Shown here: piece after piece, positions 19,301 to 30,640 of the stretch
Position numbering within the stretch: the first letter of the stretch is position 1
How the letters are laid out: each line of letters opens with the position of its first letter
NCBI GenBank assembly: GCA_000002445.1
Contig: CP000066.1
Coordinates: 480,001 to 544,000, forward strand
Source of the DNA: Trypanosoma brucei
Taxonomy: Eukaryota
DNA: 64,000 bases
Direction: 5' to 3'
Made by a program: the position numbers and the translations under genes
The notes under the pieces: model-generated
Databases searched by the model: none
The model's input: the letters and a program-made list of their open reading frames with translations, nothing else
Told to the model about the DNA's origin: nothing

Positions 19301-20959
19301 TCCCTCATTAACGCAATCTTTAATGAAGGCAGGAGAAAAAAAAATGGAAACACCATACAACAACAACATCGATGATGACAATAAGAGGAAATAAACTGAA
19401 AGCAATAAAAGAAAATAAATCGGAAACAATTTGAAAGATATATGAAATATAAAAAACATAAATGAGACCCAACCACCATCCCCCTCTCCCACCCCAAAAA
19501 AAAAAAAGAAAAAAGAAAAAAAAAGGATCAAAGCAATCATAAAACTGCAGCAGAGCCTCCTCATCTCTCCTCCTTCCTCTACTCTTCAGCCACCTCACCC
19601 ACAACAATGAAGAACTGCATAATTTAACGACAAAATAATAAATAGTCAAAAAAAAAAAATAGAACTGATGAAAAGAGGGAAAAAAAGACAAAAAAAAGAG
19701 AAAGAAAAAGAAAGAGAGGAAATGAGGGAAGGGGATTTATTTAAAAAAAAAAAAAGACGGCCGAATAGAGAGAGCACTGGTTCAGTAAAAGTGCACTCTG
19801 CAACGACTCGGGTGATTAAACAAACAAACAAACAAAAGAAAGAAAAAGGAAACCAAAAATTGAGAGAAAAAAAAGGGAGAAACCCTGTAGATATGAATAC
19901 ATGTGTGTACTTTATTTATTTGTATATATTTGTATTCATTTAAACACATGGTGATATCAGGCGATAAACCCCACACACATACACACGTACACACATAATT
20001 GGAAGAACACTCCCCCTTCTATCAAGCTAAACAGTTAAATGAATGTGTTGGCCATTGTGATGTTTCAGCTTCGGGGAAAGGAAGCAGAACCAGACCAGAA
20101 GATGGGGAAGGAAGAAAAAAAAAAGCACAGAAAGAAATGGCAGCAACACCTCCACTGTACATTTACATAATAATATTCTTCCAATACTCATGAATGTACG
20201 AATACGGAAACATACACACAAACACGAAGAAAATAATAACAAAAAAAAAGCAAACAAAACAGTGTGCAGTGGTCGAACATGATCCACTGGAAAGAGAAAG
20301 AAAGAGAGAAATATGGGGGGGGGGATGCCCTTCATTACCCACTTCGAGGTGATTACATTATCACAATCACTCTTCCTTGTCTTACCAGGTTCGCAACCAC
20401 CGACAAAAACAAAACAAAACAAAACAAATCGCGGCAGGTCCACATCACTTTCCGAACACCCTCAAGTATTCCTGATATTCTCTCACAAATCTTCTTCACA
20501 CATTGCTTAGTTTTCCGGACAATTTGGTTAATATTATCTTCAATATAACTATAACTCCTCTTTTTTGTCATCTTCTCTTTAAACCAACGTAGCGATATGG
20601 AGAAGCCGAATCATAAGCGCCAATCGCTCACATGAACAGCAAACAGTATGGGAGTTTACCGGCACTTTTGTACCTTACATCGGAAGTATAACTTGCATCT
20701 CATTGACATCAACCCCACCCCCACCCTTTTCTACACATGGTAACGGCGCCGCAAAGATGCTGAACAAACAAACAAACAAACGGGCACTAACATGTACAAG
20801 CTCGCATACATACACGTACACATACACATACACATACACAAGCGCACACAAACACGTGAACACGTGAACACATGTCAAAACGTGCCGAGGAACCGAAGCA
20901 TATCCCTTCCCCATATCCATCTCCTGAAGGGTCGGGAAACTTATGATTGCTTTCATGTA

Positions 20960-22735
20960 CTACTGACGCTGCTGGCGTAACGAATTCCCCCACCCCTCAT
21001 GTCCCACACACATGGGTGATGGGGGCGCCAAGTTCGTCACACCGACACCATTGTAATAAGAATAGTGATGATGATTAGGTGACGAGTGTGGAGTGGCGCG
21101 GTGCCCTCCGTAAGGCGAGTGGTAGCCACCTGCGTAAACGTTATTCCAGCAGTGGTTTGTGTTGTCCATATATGTCCCACACCCATTTCCAGGGGCACTG
21201 CATCCACTTGTAGAGTTGTAAGAGTAACCAACGCTGCGTTGAGCTCCATGTTGTATTGGTGATCCCTGACGAGAAGAATCGGCCCAATGTGGTGAGTAAA
21301 TGGTAGGCTGAGCAAGCACAGACAGGAACGGGGGCATGTGACTGCTGTTGGAATGAGTACTGCCGTAATATGGCGTGTGTGGTGTATTTGGAATGGAACA
21401 AGTACCACCACCGCCACCGCAAACATTTGAAGAGCATACATTGGGCATACCCATACTGGGCCCGTGAGGTCCACCGACTGCAGAAAGACCGCCCACTGCA
21501 TATGGTCCCGGGCGCTGGTGCGAAGCGGAAGGCATAGACACCGATACATCCCGTCGCTGATTGCGGGTGACAACAGGAGTACATGCGACAGTGCCCGCCA
21601 TCGTGCCAACCACACCGTGCGCTGTTGTTGGTGTAAAGGACAGAAATCCACACGATTGCTCATCAGCAGCGTTCTGCACCCGCTCCAAACCAAGACGCCC
21701 CAGCGTTGGAATGCCAATTCGTGTGTACTGTGGAGCTAAGTTATCTGCGTCATAATCATCCCAGAGGTGCAACTGCCGCCGCCACACGTTGAGATACCTA
21801 TCGAATGTGCGTTTACTGCAATCATACTCGGGACGTGGTGTCATGGGATGCATTGGATTGCGGAACTCACGATCACAACGGGATGGCACGGCTCTGATGT
21901 AGTTTTCGTAACCCGCCGTTTCTTTGCCGTATTGTACCTGCCTTAGACGCTGCTGAAGACGACGTGCCCGCTCCGTAGTGTCACCACGGTTAAGGTCAGC
22001 GGGATCCAATTCCACGCCACTATAATTTAAGTGCTTCTCCTCCGCTTCTACCATGCGGAGAGCAATGGGGCACTGCAGTGGTTCCGAAGCGTTGTAAACA
22101 CCAGGACCCGCACAGTCGGCATCGTTACCCAAATGAACAATGGTCGCCATACGTTTGTTGCCATTGTTGTTTAAGACACGAGTAGAAACAATGTGTGATG
22201 AACCATTAGTGGTTCCACCACCAGCGACAGCCGTATCGTGTGGTGTTGCAGAATGTGTAACATCCCCGCCGCACATGTCCCCCGCGTGTCCAATGTCACC
22301 TCCGTCCAGCACTGCAATGGGTGAGCGCTGCGAAGAGCACTGGGAAGGAATATACCCACACCGGGCCATCGAATCAGGTGTGCGGGATACCACAGATTTA
22401 TATACCGATGTCACGGGAACGGCAGTTTCCGCAGGGTTGCGTGTGTACCTCTCCAGTTCTGATTCCACACCAAATACAGACGGTGGAATGCTACGATACG
22501 GCTGGTGGACCGTCACCATGGGAGATCGAAGCTGCTGCGACATTGTCGCCGCAACCGATGTTGTCGAAGAGGCACCGTTGCGAATAGGCGTTTGTGAGGT
22601 TGAAATGTCAATCTTTGGGGATCCGGTTCCCAGAGAAGTATCGAACTTCGGATGATTGGCGCCGCTGTAGCTGTTGTTCATCCACACACCGCTTGAGCCC
22701 AACGCCCGCCTAGTGCTGCTCTCAGTCATGGACAT
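20960..22735 (-). CDS. SLBP-like: SLBP-type (histone mRNA stem-loop-binding protein family) RNA-binding protein (591 aa), otherwise low-complexity (Ser/Gly/His/Tyr-rich).
   Basis: Central segment LRQVQYGKETAGYENYIRAVPSRCDREFRNPMHPMTPRPEYDCSKRTFDRYLNVWRRQLHLWDD matches the SLBP RNA-binding-domain signature Q.QYGK.T..Y..Y...VP ... HP.TP ... SKR..D.....WRR.LH.WD. ATG checked at 22733-22735 (reverse complement). Confidence 0.75.
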   Translation of the reverse strand: MSMTESSTRRALGSSGVWMNNSYSGANHPKFDTSLGTGSPKIDISTSQTPIRNGASSTTSVAATMSQQLRSPMVTVHQPYRSIPPSVFGVESELERYTRNPAETAVPVTSVYKSVVSRTPDSMARCGYIPSQCSSQRSPIAVLDGGDIGHAGDMCGGDVTHSATPHDTAVAGGGTTNGSSHIVSTRVLNNNGNKRMATIVHLGNDADCAGPGVYNASEPLQCPIALRMVEAEEKHLNYSGVELDPADLNRGDTTERARRLQQRLRQVQYGKETAGYENYIRAVPSRCDREFRNPMHPMTPRPEYDCSKRTFDRYLNVWRRQLHLWDDYDADNLAPQYTRIGIPTLGRLGLERVQNAADEQSCGFLSFTPTTAHGVVGTMAGTVACTPVVTRNQRRDVSVSMPSASHQRPGPYAVGGLSAVGGPHGPSMGMPNVCSSNVCGGGGGTCSIPNTPHTPYYGSTHSNSSHMPPFLSVLAQPTIYSPHWADSSRQGSPIQHGAQRSVGYSYNSTSGCSAPGNGCGTYMDNTNHCWNNVYAGGYHSPYGGHRATPHSSPNHHHYSYYNGVGVTNLAPPSPMCVGHEGWGNSLRQQRQ

Positions 22736-25713
22736 TCAAGGGGGGGGAAATGTAGCGTCTATGGAACTGTCTTTTCTTTATCTTTCTTTATATTTTTATA
22801 TATTGTTCTCTCCTTTTTGTTTTTTTTTAAAAAACCTTTTAAAAATCCTTTATTTAATTTTCTTTTTAACAATCGAACGGCTAAAACCGCTACTAGTAAT
22901 AATAAATGTGGGGTCTACCTTCCACCTCCCCCCTTCACTTCTTCCTTTTTTCTCCTATGCGAAAACTTTTCAGAAACTTTTATTGCTCTCGCGTTTTGTC
23001 TTGTTTTTTTGTTTGCAAAGAAAAAATTTGGCTGCCGCGTACGGTTTCTTTCGTTCCTTTTCCTCAGTTTCCTGAAATGCTCTTATTCTACCTTGAAAAA
23101 TATTTTTTAAAAAAAATTCCCCTCCGACCGTGCAGTCGTAACAAACAAATCACAGAATGCAAATCAATCAATTTCTCCCCCCTTTTTTTTCTTTTTGATT
23201 CCCTCGCCTCTACTGTGGATTACACGGTTAGTATATTCAGACTGTTAAAATATTCCCTTGGCCGTTTTTCTTCCTTCTTACCTTCGCGTTATTTTCCCCC
23301 CTCTTCCTTTTTCCTTCTTGAAAGAACAGGCCGATTTTAACCCAAACTGGCGAAGCTCACCGGTCTTCGACTAACGAGTTTGAATTCGTCCTTTCTCTTT
23401 ACACCCCAATTTCTGTCGTTGTTGTTGTTGTTGTCTCTTGTTTTTGTTTTTTTTGTTTTCGTTCTGATTTGTTGAGGTTTTGTGTCGTCTTGATTTGACT
23501 AATTTTTTTTCTTTACTTTTCGTTACACGGCAATGACACACGTCTGTGGTTTATATATTTCCCCCACCTTCCCCCCTAATATGTGCTGTCCCTGCCTCGC
23601 TTGGATGAACAGACGGACAGAAGCGGGGGAAAAGGGGAAAAAAAAAAAGAACAGAACAGAACAGAACAGAGCGAAAAGCAAGGTAAAGTAAAGGAAAGGA
23701 AAGGAAAATTATGTCAGGAGTTAAACTCAACCGCCACCGCTGCTCGTAACAATAATAACAACAGTGAGGATTATTATTATTACTATTATTATTACTATGA
23801 TACCCAACACCGGCTCGTGCACCCCTGCTCACAGAAACGAAGTAAATATATATAAATATATATAAATATATATGAACTATATTTGCTTTTCCACCTTCCC
23901 CCTTCTTGTTTTACCTTATTTCAATTATTCTCCCCAACCCCTTTCTTCAAACTTATGCAAGAGTTTGTGTATGATAATTGCACTTGCTTACTCCTGTTGA
24001 GTAGCTTCTTCCCTTTTTCTTTTGTTTTGTTGCTTTCGTTTTTGATGTCACCTTACGTCTAAAATGAGTGTAGATTATTCAATGCACTGTAATATATATA
24101 TATACGTGTACAAATAACCGTAATTTTTATTACGGCTAATCTGGAGAGCAAAAAACAAAAAAAGAAATACACTAATTGTATTTATATTTGTAAATGGCGA
24201 TTCGGTATTTTTTAAAAAAAGGGTATTGTACAGACAAAAAAAAAACACACACACAAAAACCTAAACCCTATCTTTCTATCCGTCAACACCTTTTCTTTTT
24301 GTTTTCCCTGTTTGTTTATCCCCCTTATGTTCCCTAAATAATAACAGCAACAACCTCCTTTGGTAATGCGGTCACTTATGATTTAACCAGCAAACAATGT
24401 TTTTTTTTTACAGAAAAAAAAGAATGGGGGAGAAATACTCGTTACAGCTCGATACCATAATATAAAAGGAAGAAAAGGAAAATGAAGCAACCTGTAAGAA
24501 GATGAGCATCAATAACATTCAGTTAATAATTATAATATATAATCATCATACTCTTATTATTATTATAAATGGGACCAAAGCCCCAAGCAGAGTTAGGAGT
24601 AATGTTGCGCACTCGGCAAATGGAAAAGCAGAAGGAAGAGAAAGTGTGCGAAAGGCAAAAATATCCGCACAATTATTGTCTGCCTTTTTTTTTTCCTCTT
24701 TTTTTTTTAATTTTATTTTACTAATAACAGCGAAATTAGACAACAAATAAGAGGAAGTAAAAGGAAAAGATAGGAAAGGAAACTCAATGAGAACTTTTTA
24801 CACGCACTTAAAAATGCACAATACATTAAAGTAAATGACCCCATTTCCTCCCCCATTCCCCCTTTCCTCTGAATTTGTTTTACTGTTCTTTGCTTTCTCA
24901 TGTCTCATCTACTTCATCATTTCCTCCGCCACAAATGACACATACACACGTATGAAAGAGAAAAGAAACACACGCGCTATCGGACAATGTATCACATTGT
25001 TTGTTTGTTTGTTCGTTTGATCTTTTTTTTTTGCCTTTTTATCCGTTCATTATTTTCCCACCTCTGCGTTCCCCATCATACCTCAAAGGGAATAACACAA
25101 CAATAAGAGTAATATTTTTTTTAAAAAAGAAAAAGGACCTCAATTTCCCGTTTCAGCTGCTTGTTTTATTAAAACAAGTATCATGTAGAGAAACAGAGTA
25201 CAAACCCACATCCCGATCTTGCTCCCTCCATTCCTACTTTTTTTCTTCCTCACCATCACCGCACCGCCATTGCCTTTTCGAATTCTTGAACGTTATGGAT
25301 GTGTTGCGTGTTGAACCTTTAAGTTTCGACCATCAACAACGGGAGCGAGAGGGGAAACAAAAAAAAAACATTGTGGCGACATGGAAAAACATGAGCCGCT
25401 GGAAGTAACAGCAAATATTGGGAGGCGTTGCGGGCAGAAACGGATGAAAGAATAAGAATTTCCCCCCCCACACACACACACACCCAAATCCCCTCAGCGT
25501 CTTCATTTCAGCTTCCCCTCGTTTATCATGCTTCTTTGACAGCTCTCCACCTGTTCTTTTTTTTTTCTTTTCCCCCCTTCCCTTCCCTTCATTATTTCCC
25601 TTCATCCCGCGTAAACACAGACACACGCACATACACATGAATGTAAACGTAAATCCATACAGTCCCTTCCTCACCACTGATTTGCACTTTCCTTACTTCA
25701 GGTGAAGAAGTGT

Positions 25714-27528
25714 TCAACGCAGCTCATTCTCGAGGTATTTGTAATCAAAAACGAAGTCTTCTTTTTCTTCCAAATTCCAGCCTTCCTCAAAGTTGAAGAA
25801 CTGAAACGACCCGCGCTCGCTCCCCTCCAGAGATTCTTTTGGGGGACCATTTCGCTTAAACCAAGTGTTGAGTTGAGTGTGGTAACGGAAGGAACGCTCC
25901 TTAATTTGTCCCGCGGCACAATACTGCTGATACGTGTTCTGGTGATAGTAAAAGATAAAGAAAAGGGTCTCAAGCTCAAATGTCCGGTAAATCTCCGGAG
26001 AAGCTAACGCTGGGAGAACCTGCTGTGGAAAAAAAGGAACGTGCACTGTTGGATTGGAGGGCTCAAATGGACGTTGCCGGTCAACGTCCTGCGTATGTGG
26101 CAAGTTTGCTAAGGACATGTCAATAAGCTGCAGCATGGTGTTCCTGTCCAAAAAATCATCGTGTGCTGTTGAAACCGGTGCGGGGGAAACATGGGAAGCG
26201 GGTGCAGCGCTGAGTTGCCTCGTTTCTCCAGTAGCGGCGGTGTTGGCACTGCTGGGAGACATGGAAGCCATCCCGGATGCCTGAGATGGAGCCGCTGCCG
26301 CAGGTTGCTCAAGGTTTGACTTCTTACTTGTAGTGGAAGGTGGCGACACGAGACTTGCAGGTCGGCCCTTCTCCCAATCACCCAGCCGTGAACCGGTGCT
26401 CGTTGCCCTCGCCATATCTGCTAAAGAACCGGTCCCAACCATGGCCATCGCATCGTCGCCGAAGGTGTCGTCGTTCATTTTGTCCATGTCGTCTTCCGGA
26501 AAATCTGCGTTTTCGTCCCAGTTGTCGTGCAACCCGTCCCTGCCACCTACCGTCGATGTTATTGAGGTGTTTCCCTTGTGTGGGCTCGGGCTTCCGGAAC
26601 CCAACCGCTTCGCCCCATCCATTCTGTTTGCCGTTGCGGAACCGGGGCCTTTCCTGGCATCAGAGGAAGTGGGACCGCTCATCTTCGCACTGGAAGAAGG
26701 TGTATTGGATTTTGTCCCTCCCATTCTCACCGGACTCAGTTTGTTATTTGGGTTGCGGGAATTAGGAGAAGCCGCATCCTCATCCTCCCCAACCGTGCTA
26801 CCACCCCGTCGCCTCTCTGAAACTAACTGCTCGTCGAAACCAAATTGGGCGTACAGGTCTTCATCTTCATTGTTGTCATCATCGTCGCTGCCGTTGGTAT
26901 CACCACGTTTGATTGCCTCTACACGCTCTTTGATTCCGTAAACACTTTCGGGGTTTACATCTCCGTTTGCGATACCTTTGAGGAGCAACTCAAGGCGTGC
27001 TACGTGAAATTTAAGTTTTTGCGTACGGGTCGAAGTGGTTGCAGACACAGAATTCTTATTACGTCCGTGGTTTCCACGCCCACTGCGTTCCGCATCCGAC
27101 TCGGAGAGCTGCACTTGCTTCCGCAAACTATCTGTTGTGTTCTTGAGCCATGCCTCCACATCCTTTACTCCTTCCTGCTGCGCCTCGCTCAAGGCACCAG
27201 TGCCTAACCCATCTTTCCCAGATCCCTTCGTTTTCATCGCCTGCTCACACATCTTAAACGTTTCGATCCTCTCGTGAAGTTTTTGCATCCACGGCTCAAC
27301 GCTCCCTTTCGAGTCCTTGGAGTCCGAAGGTGGGCAAGTGGCCTTTATTAAGTCATAGCTGCGTTGAAGCTTCCTAGCCTCCCTTCTGAGTTCGGCCTCT
27401 AGTTTCTCCCTCTGGGGTGACGTACTGTTGTTGAACTTCGTGTAAACACTATCGTAGCTGTTAATTTCCTCCTGTGTACGGCGAAGGAGCCGCTCGATCT
27501 CCTGTTGACTCTTTTTATTATTTGTCAT
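25714..27528 (-). CDS. NOT5: CCR4-NOT complex subunit NOT5 (NOT3/5 family) (604 aa).
   Basis: N-terminal Not3-type coiled coil: MTNNKKSQQEIERLLRRTQEEINSYDSVYTKF...LEAELRREARKLQRSYDLIKA. C-terminal NOT box: TFELETLFFIFYYHQNTYQQYCAAGQIKERSFRYHTQLNTWFKRNG ... FQFFNFEEGWNLEEKEDFVFDYKYLE. ATG checked at 27526-27528 (reverse complement). Confidence 0.9.
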   Translation of the reverse strand: MTNNKKSQQEIERLLRRTQEEINSYDSVYTKFNNSTSPQREKLEAELRREARKLQRSYDLIKATCPPSDSKDSKGSVEPWMQKLHERIETFKMCEQAMKTKGSGKDGLGTGALSEAQQEGVKDVEAWLKNTTDSLRKQVQLSESDAERSGRGNHGRNKNSVSATTSTRTQKLKFHVARLELLLKGIANGDVNPESVYGIKERVEAIKRGDTNGSDDDDNNEDEDLYAQFGFDEQLVSERRRGGSTVGEDEDAASPNSRNPNNKLSPVRMGGTKSNTPSSSAKMSGPTSSDARKGPGSATANRMDGAKRLGSGSPSPHKGNTSITSTVGGRDGLHDNWDENADFPEDDMDKMNDDTFGDDAMAMVGTGSLADMARATSTGSRLGDWEKGRPASLVSPPSTTSKKSNLEQPAAAAPSQASGMASMSPSSANTAATGETRQLSAAPASHVSPAPVSTAHDDFLDRNTMLQLIDMSLANLPHTQDVDRQRPFEPSNPTVHVPFFPQQVLPALASPEIYRTFELETLFFIFYYHQNTYQQYCAAGQIKERSFRYHTQLNTWFKRNGPPKESLEGSERGSFQFFNFEEGWNLEEKEDFVFDYKYLENELR

Positions 27529-28292
27529 TATCCCCTGGGTTTTTTTTGCACGTTCCCACTTCCCGCCCTCAATAACCCTTTGCGTACCGCAGAACTGCCA
27601 CTCCGTATAATCTTGATTCCCCTTCTTTCCTACCCAACCTCAAGAAATTGCGTTTGTAGTTCCACACTCTTCCGATGTTTACTCCTCTCGGTGCCTTCTT
27701 CCTTCTACACTCCTTTCTTATGCTCTTCTTTCGTGCCTCAGTGTATTTAAAAAAAAAAACTCCCTTCCCCTCGTTCCTAATAGTTTTATTGTTTCTATCA
27801 TTTGGCAAAAAAAAAAGGAAGTGAAGTGCAGGTTACAAGTCCGAGCAAACGCGATCGCGCCAATGGAGACAGCTCACCTTAACGCCTTGAAAATAGCAGG
27901 ATATTCGCAAACTTTTGTATGCGTACGTATTTTACTCGGTGGAACCTCAATACTATTCGTTGTAGAACGGGTAAAGCACGACACCACGTGTAGCGCATAT
28001 GTGCACAGAAAAAAAAAAGCGATAAAACATGGTGAGCGCCTTTGTTATCTCCAATACCGCCCGCCTTCCATACAAGAAAGTGTGTGAGCGGGGAGAAGAA
28101 ATGGAAGAGAAATGTCGCGAGTTAGAAAATAACCATGGTGGCTCGTATTCGTATACACCCTGTCCTCACGTCAGTCCATAGCCATAAATGCACTTAAACC
28201 CAATTATGTTACCTGCACAGCTTTACACGTGAAAGCACTTCCCTTCGCGTGTCACTAAAAGTTGCAGCGGTAAAACAAATTAGCATCGTTTC

Positions 28293-28314
28293 CACACACA
28301 CACACACACACACA
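28293..28314. repeat. (CA)n microsatellite.
   Basis: cacacacacacacacacacaca seen directly. Further (CA)n tracts occur at 36125-36147, 2238-2251 and 25468-25485. Confidence 0.9.
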
Positions 28315-28341
28315 AAATATTTTTAAAAAAAAACAGCACCA

Positions 28342-29781
28342 TCACGCCCATGTCTTAATGGCACCATCCCACGCTGAGGTGACAACGCGGGAAGCCTCAA
28401 CTGGGTGCCAGCGATGCGACACAAGAGTTTGAGTGTGGGCTGAAAAAGATCGTAGTAGCTCACCAGTAGCCCACGACCAGATAAACAACTTACCATTGAT
28501 GTCACCACTCGACAAATAGCGGCCATCAGGACTAAATGCCAGTTGACAACGCGTGCCTGAAATTGTGTGGCCGCTAAATACACGATGACGAAGTAACTTC
28601 ACTTGTCCTCCACCACCATCAGAGAATACAAGTGCTTGATTGTTGAGCGATTGGGCAACAAGCATGTCTTCTGTGGGGTGCCGCACGACATGAGTGATGG
28701 CATGCATAGAGACATCCGCAATCTGTTTGATTTGAACTGGAACCCTAAAGTCCCACGTGCGGAGCGTCTTGTCCTCCGCTGTCGTTAAAAGTTTCTTCCC
28801 TCCACTAAGCAGCGAGAGATTAAAAATGGTCCCCATATGGCCCGTGTACTCGCGTTGGTACTTCTGGTAACTCACCCGCACGTCATAAAGGACCACTTTC
28901 CTGTCCAGTGCTACAAGTATTAAGGAAGTTGGATCTAGAGGATGATGCAGGTGCTGCACGCAGGGAAGCCGCTCCGAATTCGTCAGCACGCCTCGGCACT
29001 CACCATGTTCAACGTCCCACATCGCTACCGTCCCATCAACAGAACCTGTGGACATTGTTTCCCCATCCGGAGTCACCTCTAGGGATTTCACTGGTTGTGA
29101 ATGGGCTACAAATGAAGCAATGCACTGACGGCGGGAAGAGAAGGTCTCGTAAAGCCTCACCTCACCCTTTAAATCAGCGGCAAACAACAAATGACCAACG
29201 GGAGGTAGCCACTGAAGCTGTTGAATGCCCGCCGCATGCTTGTCGCAACTGCCTTTCATTTGTCGTGGGAGACGGCACTCATGCGAGCGCGGTTGCAGCG
29301 ATGGGGGAGGCTCCAAGAAAGACCTGCCCAAGTAATTGGTGCGCTCAAATGATGGATCAAAATTAGCTTGAAGTGTATTTGCCGCTACAGAGGTGGAGAC
29401 GTTAGTATTCACCTCTGTAGCACCAGCAGCAGAAATAACCGCAGGTGTGGCTGAATCGGAGACCCCCACCTGCGCGGGTCCTTCACCACTTCGTACCCGC
29501 TTGCGCGCCACTGGCTGAGTGGTTCGCTTCTCAGGTAATCCGCCGCCATCAGTTTTTTTCACATAAGCCTCCTCAAACCCCTCCGGCGGAGGCAAATATG
29601 CCCGTTTCACATCCTCCGGGGTGGCTAAAAAACGCAGCGGAAGTCCGGCGTGCAGATCTGCGCTCGCGTCTTGCCTCCGTTGTTCAGAACTATCCTCGGA
29701 AACGGGCAACGTATATCCCTTCTCTCGAGCCACACGCTGCAGGACTTTGGGATCAATATGCGGTGCAAGGTCAAAAAGCAT
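28342..29781 (-). CDS. PRP17: Pre-mRNA splicing factor PRP17/CDC40 (WD40 repeat protein), 480 aa from the first ATG.
   Basis: C-terminus GHTISGTRCQLAFSPDGRYLSSGDINGKLFIWSWATGELLRSFSAHTQTLVSHRWHPVEASRVVTSAWDGAIKTWA aligns with human PRP17 ...GH.[30 protein letters not shown]...[31 protein letters not shown]. Upstream, SLNNQALVF matches SLDNQILIF. The ORF-track start at 29913 is a TTG. The first ATG (MLFDLAPH) was checked at 29779-29781 (reverse complement). Confidence 0.85.
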   Translation of the reverse strand: MLFDLAPHIDPKVLQRVAREKGYTLPVSEDSSEQRRQDASADLHAGLPLRFLATPEDVKRAYLPPPEGFEEAYVKKTDGGGLPEKRTTQPVARKRVRSGEGPAQVGVSDSATPAVISAAGATEVNTNVSTSVAANTLQANFDPSFERTNYLGRSFLEPPPSLQPRSHECRLPRQMKGSCDKHAAGIQQLQWLPPVGHLLFAADLKGEVRLYETFSSRRQCIASFVAHSQPVKSLEVTPDGETMSTGSVDGTVAMWDVEHGECRGVLTNSERLPCVQHLHHPLDPTSLILVALDRKVVLYDVRVSYQKYQREYTGHMGTIFNLSLLSGGKKLLTTAEDKTLRTWDFRVPVQIKQIADVSMHAITHVVRHPTEDMLVAQSLNNQALVFSDGGGGQVKLLRHRVFSGHTISGTRCQLAFSPDGRYLSSGDINGKLFIWSWATGELLRSFSAHTQTLVSHRWHPVEASRVVTSAWDGAIKTWA

Positions 29782-30640
29782 CGCTTCACCGCAGGTACAC
29801 GTAGGACGGGTTAAACAAGGGAGAAACAAAAGAACAAAAGCAACAGTTATAGCAATTACAATAAAAGAGTAATGGAAGAGGAGGCCGGAGTGATAGCGGC
29901 ATATTTGAACCAAACGATGAACGGTAGAAATTAGTCGTAGACAAGGACAAACACAAACATTGAGTGCGCCCCGTTATGGTCGTACCGACGCCACACAAAA
30001 GTTCGTGCACGGGTTAAAATGATAAAGTGAAACTAGACAAACAAAGGACGAACAAATAACTAGAAAGAAAAACGTACGCAACGATACTTCTAACAACAGG
30101 TATGCTTTACGCGTGCTTTCGATGCCGCTCCACACGCCGCCCAAGCACATGAAGATATGAGGGAACTCTCACACTCCTTTGCGACGCGCCGCTGCAGCCG
30201 CTTTCCAAGTTGACTTCCCTCTCCTCCGCACTGCGCTCATCAGTTGTTACCACACCGGTAAAAATGATAAGATGCTTCTACAGATGGACTGGAAACGAAC
30301 TGGTGAGTTTCATTCATGTGGTATGTAACAATTTAAGTTCCTGCAACGCAGGAAAAACGCACAAGTTTCTGTACATCGACGCATGGCGAATAAATAATGT
30401 GATGTTATCCCGACCGTCGGAAAAGATAAGGTTGAGGCAACCACAGTGGGTTGTAGGGACGGCATTGTTTGTTGGACTATATGCACGAACCTACGCGCTC
30501 AACAAGAAAGGACGTGGTTTACCGCGGCTACAATATCCCATTCTCTTTCTAGTTTTGATCATGAACCATTTCACCTTTTCCACACCTTTTTACTATTACT
30601 TCTTTTTTTGTTTTTTTTCTTTTTATTCCACCACCTTCCA

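Noticed and set aside
17211-20443. Several 60-140-aa minus-strand ORFs (17211-17549, 19320-19691, 20027-20443) in the 4.6-kb spacer.
   Set aside because: Translations are Phe/Leu/Cys/Lys homopolymer-like strings derived from poly-T, (GTT)n and (TTTG)n tracts. They are not protein-like.
21037-21717. 226-aa and 170-aa alternate-frame ORFs, plus plus-strand ORFs, inside the SLBP-like gene.
   Set aside because: They are overlapping frames within a verified longer CDS, with no independent start context.
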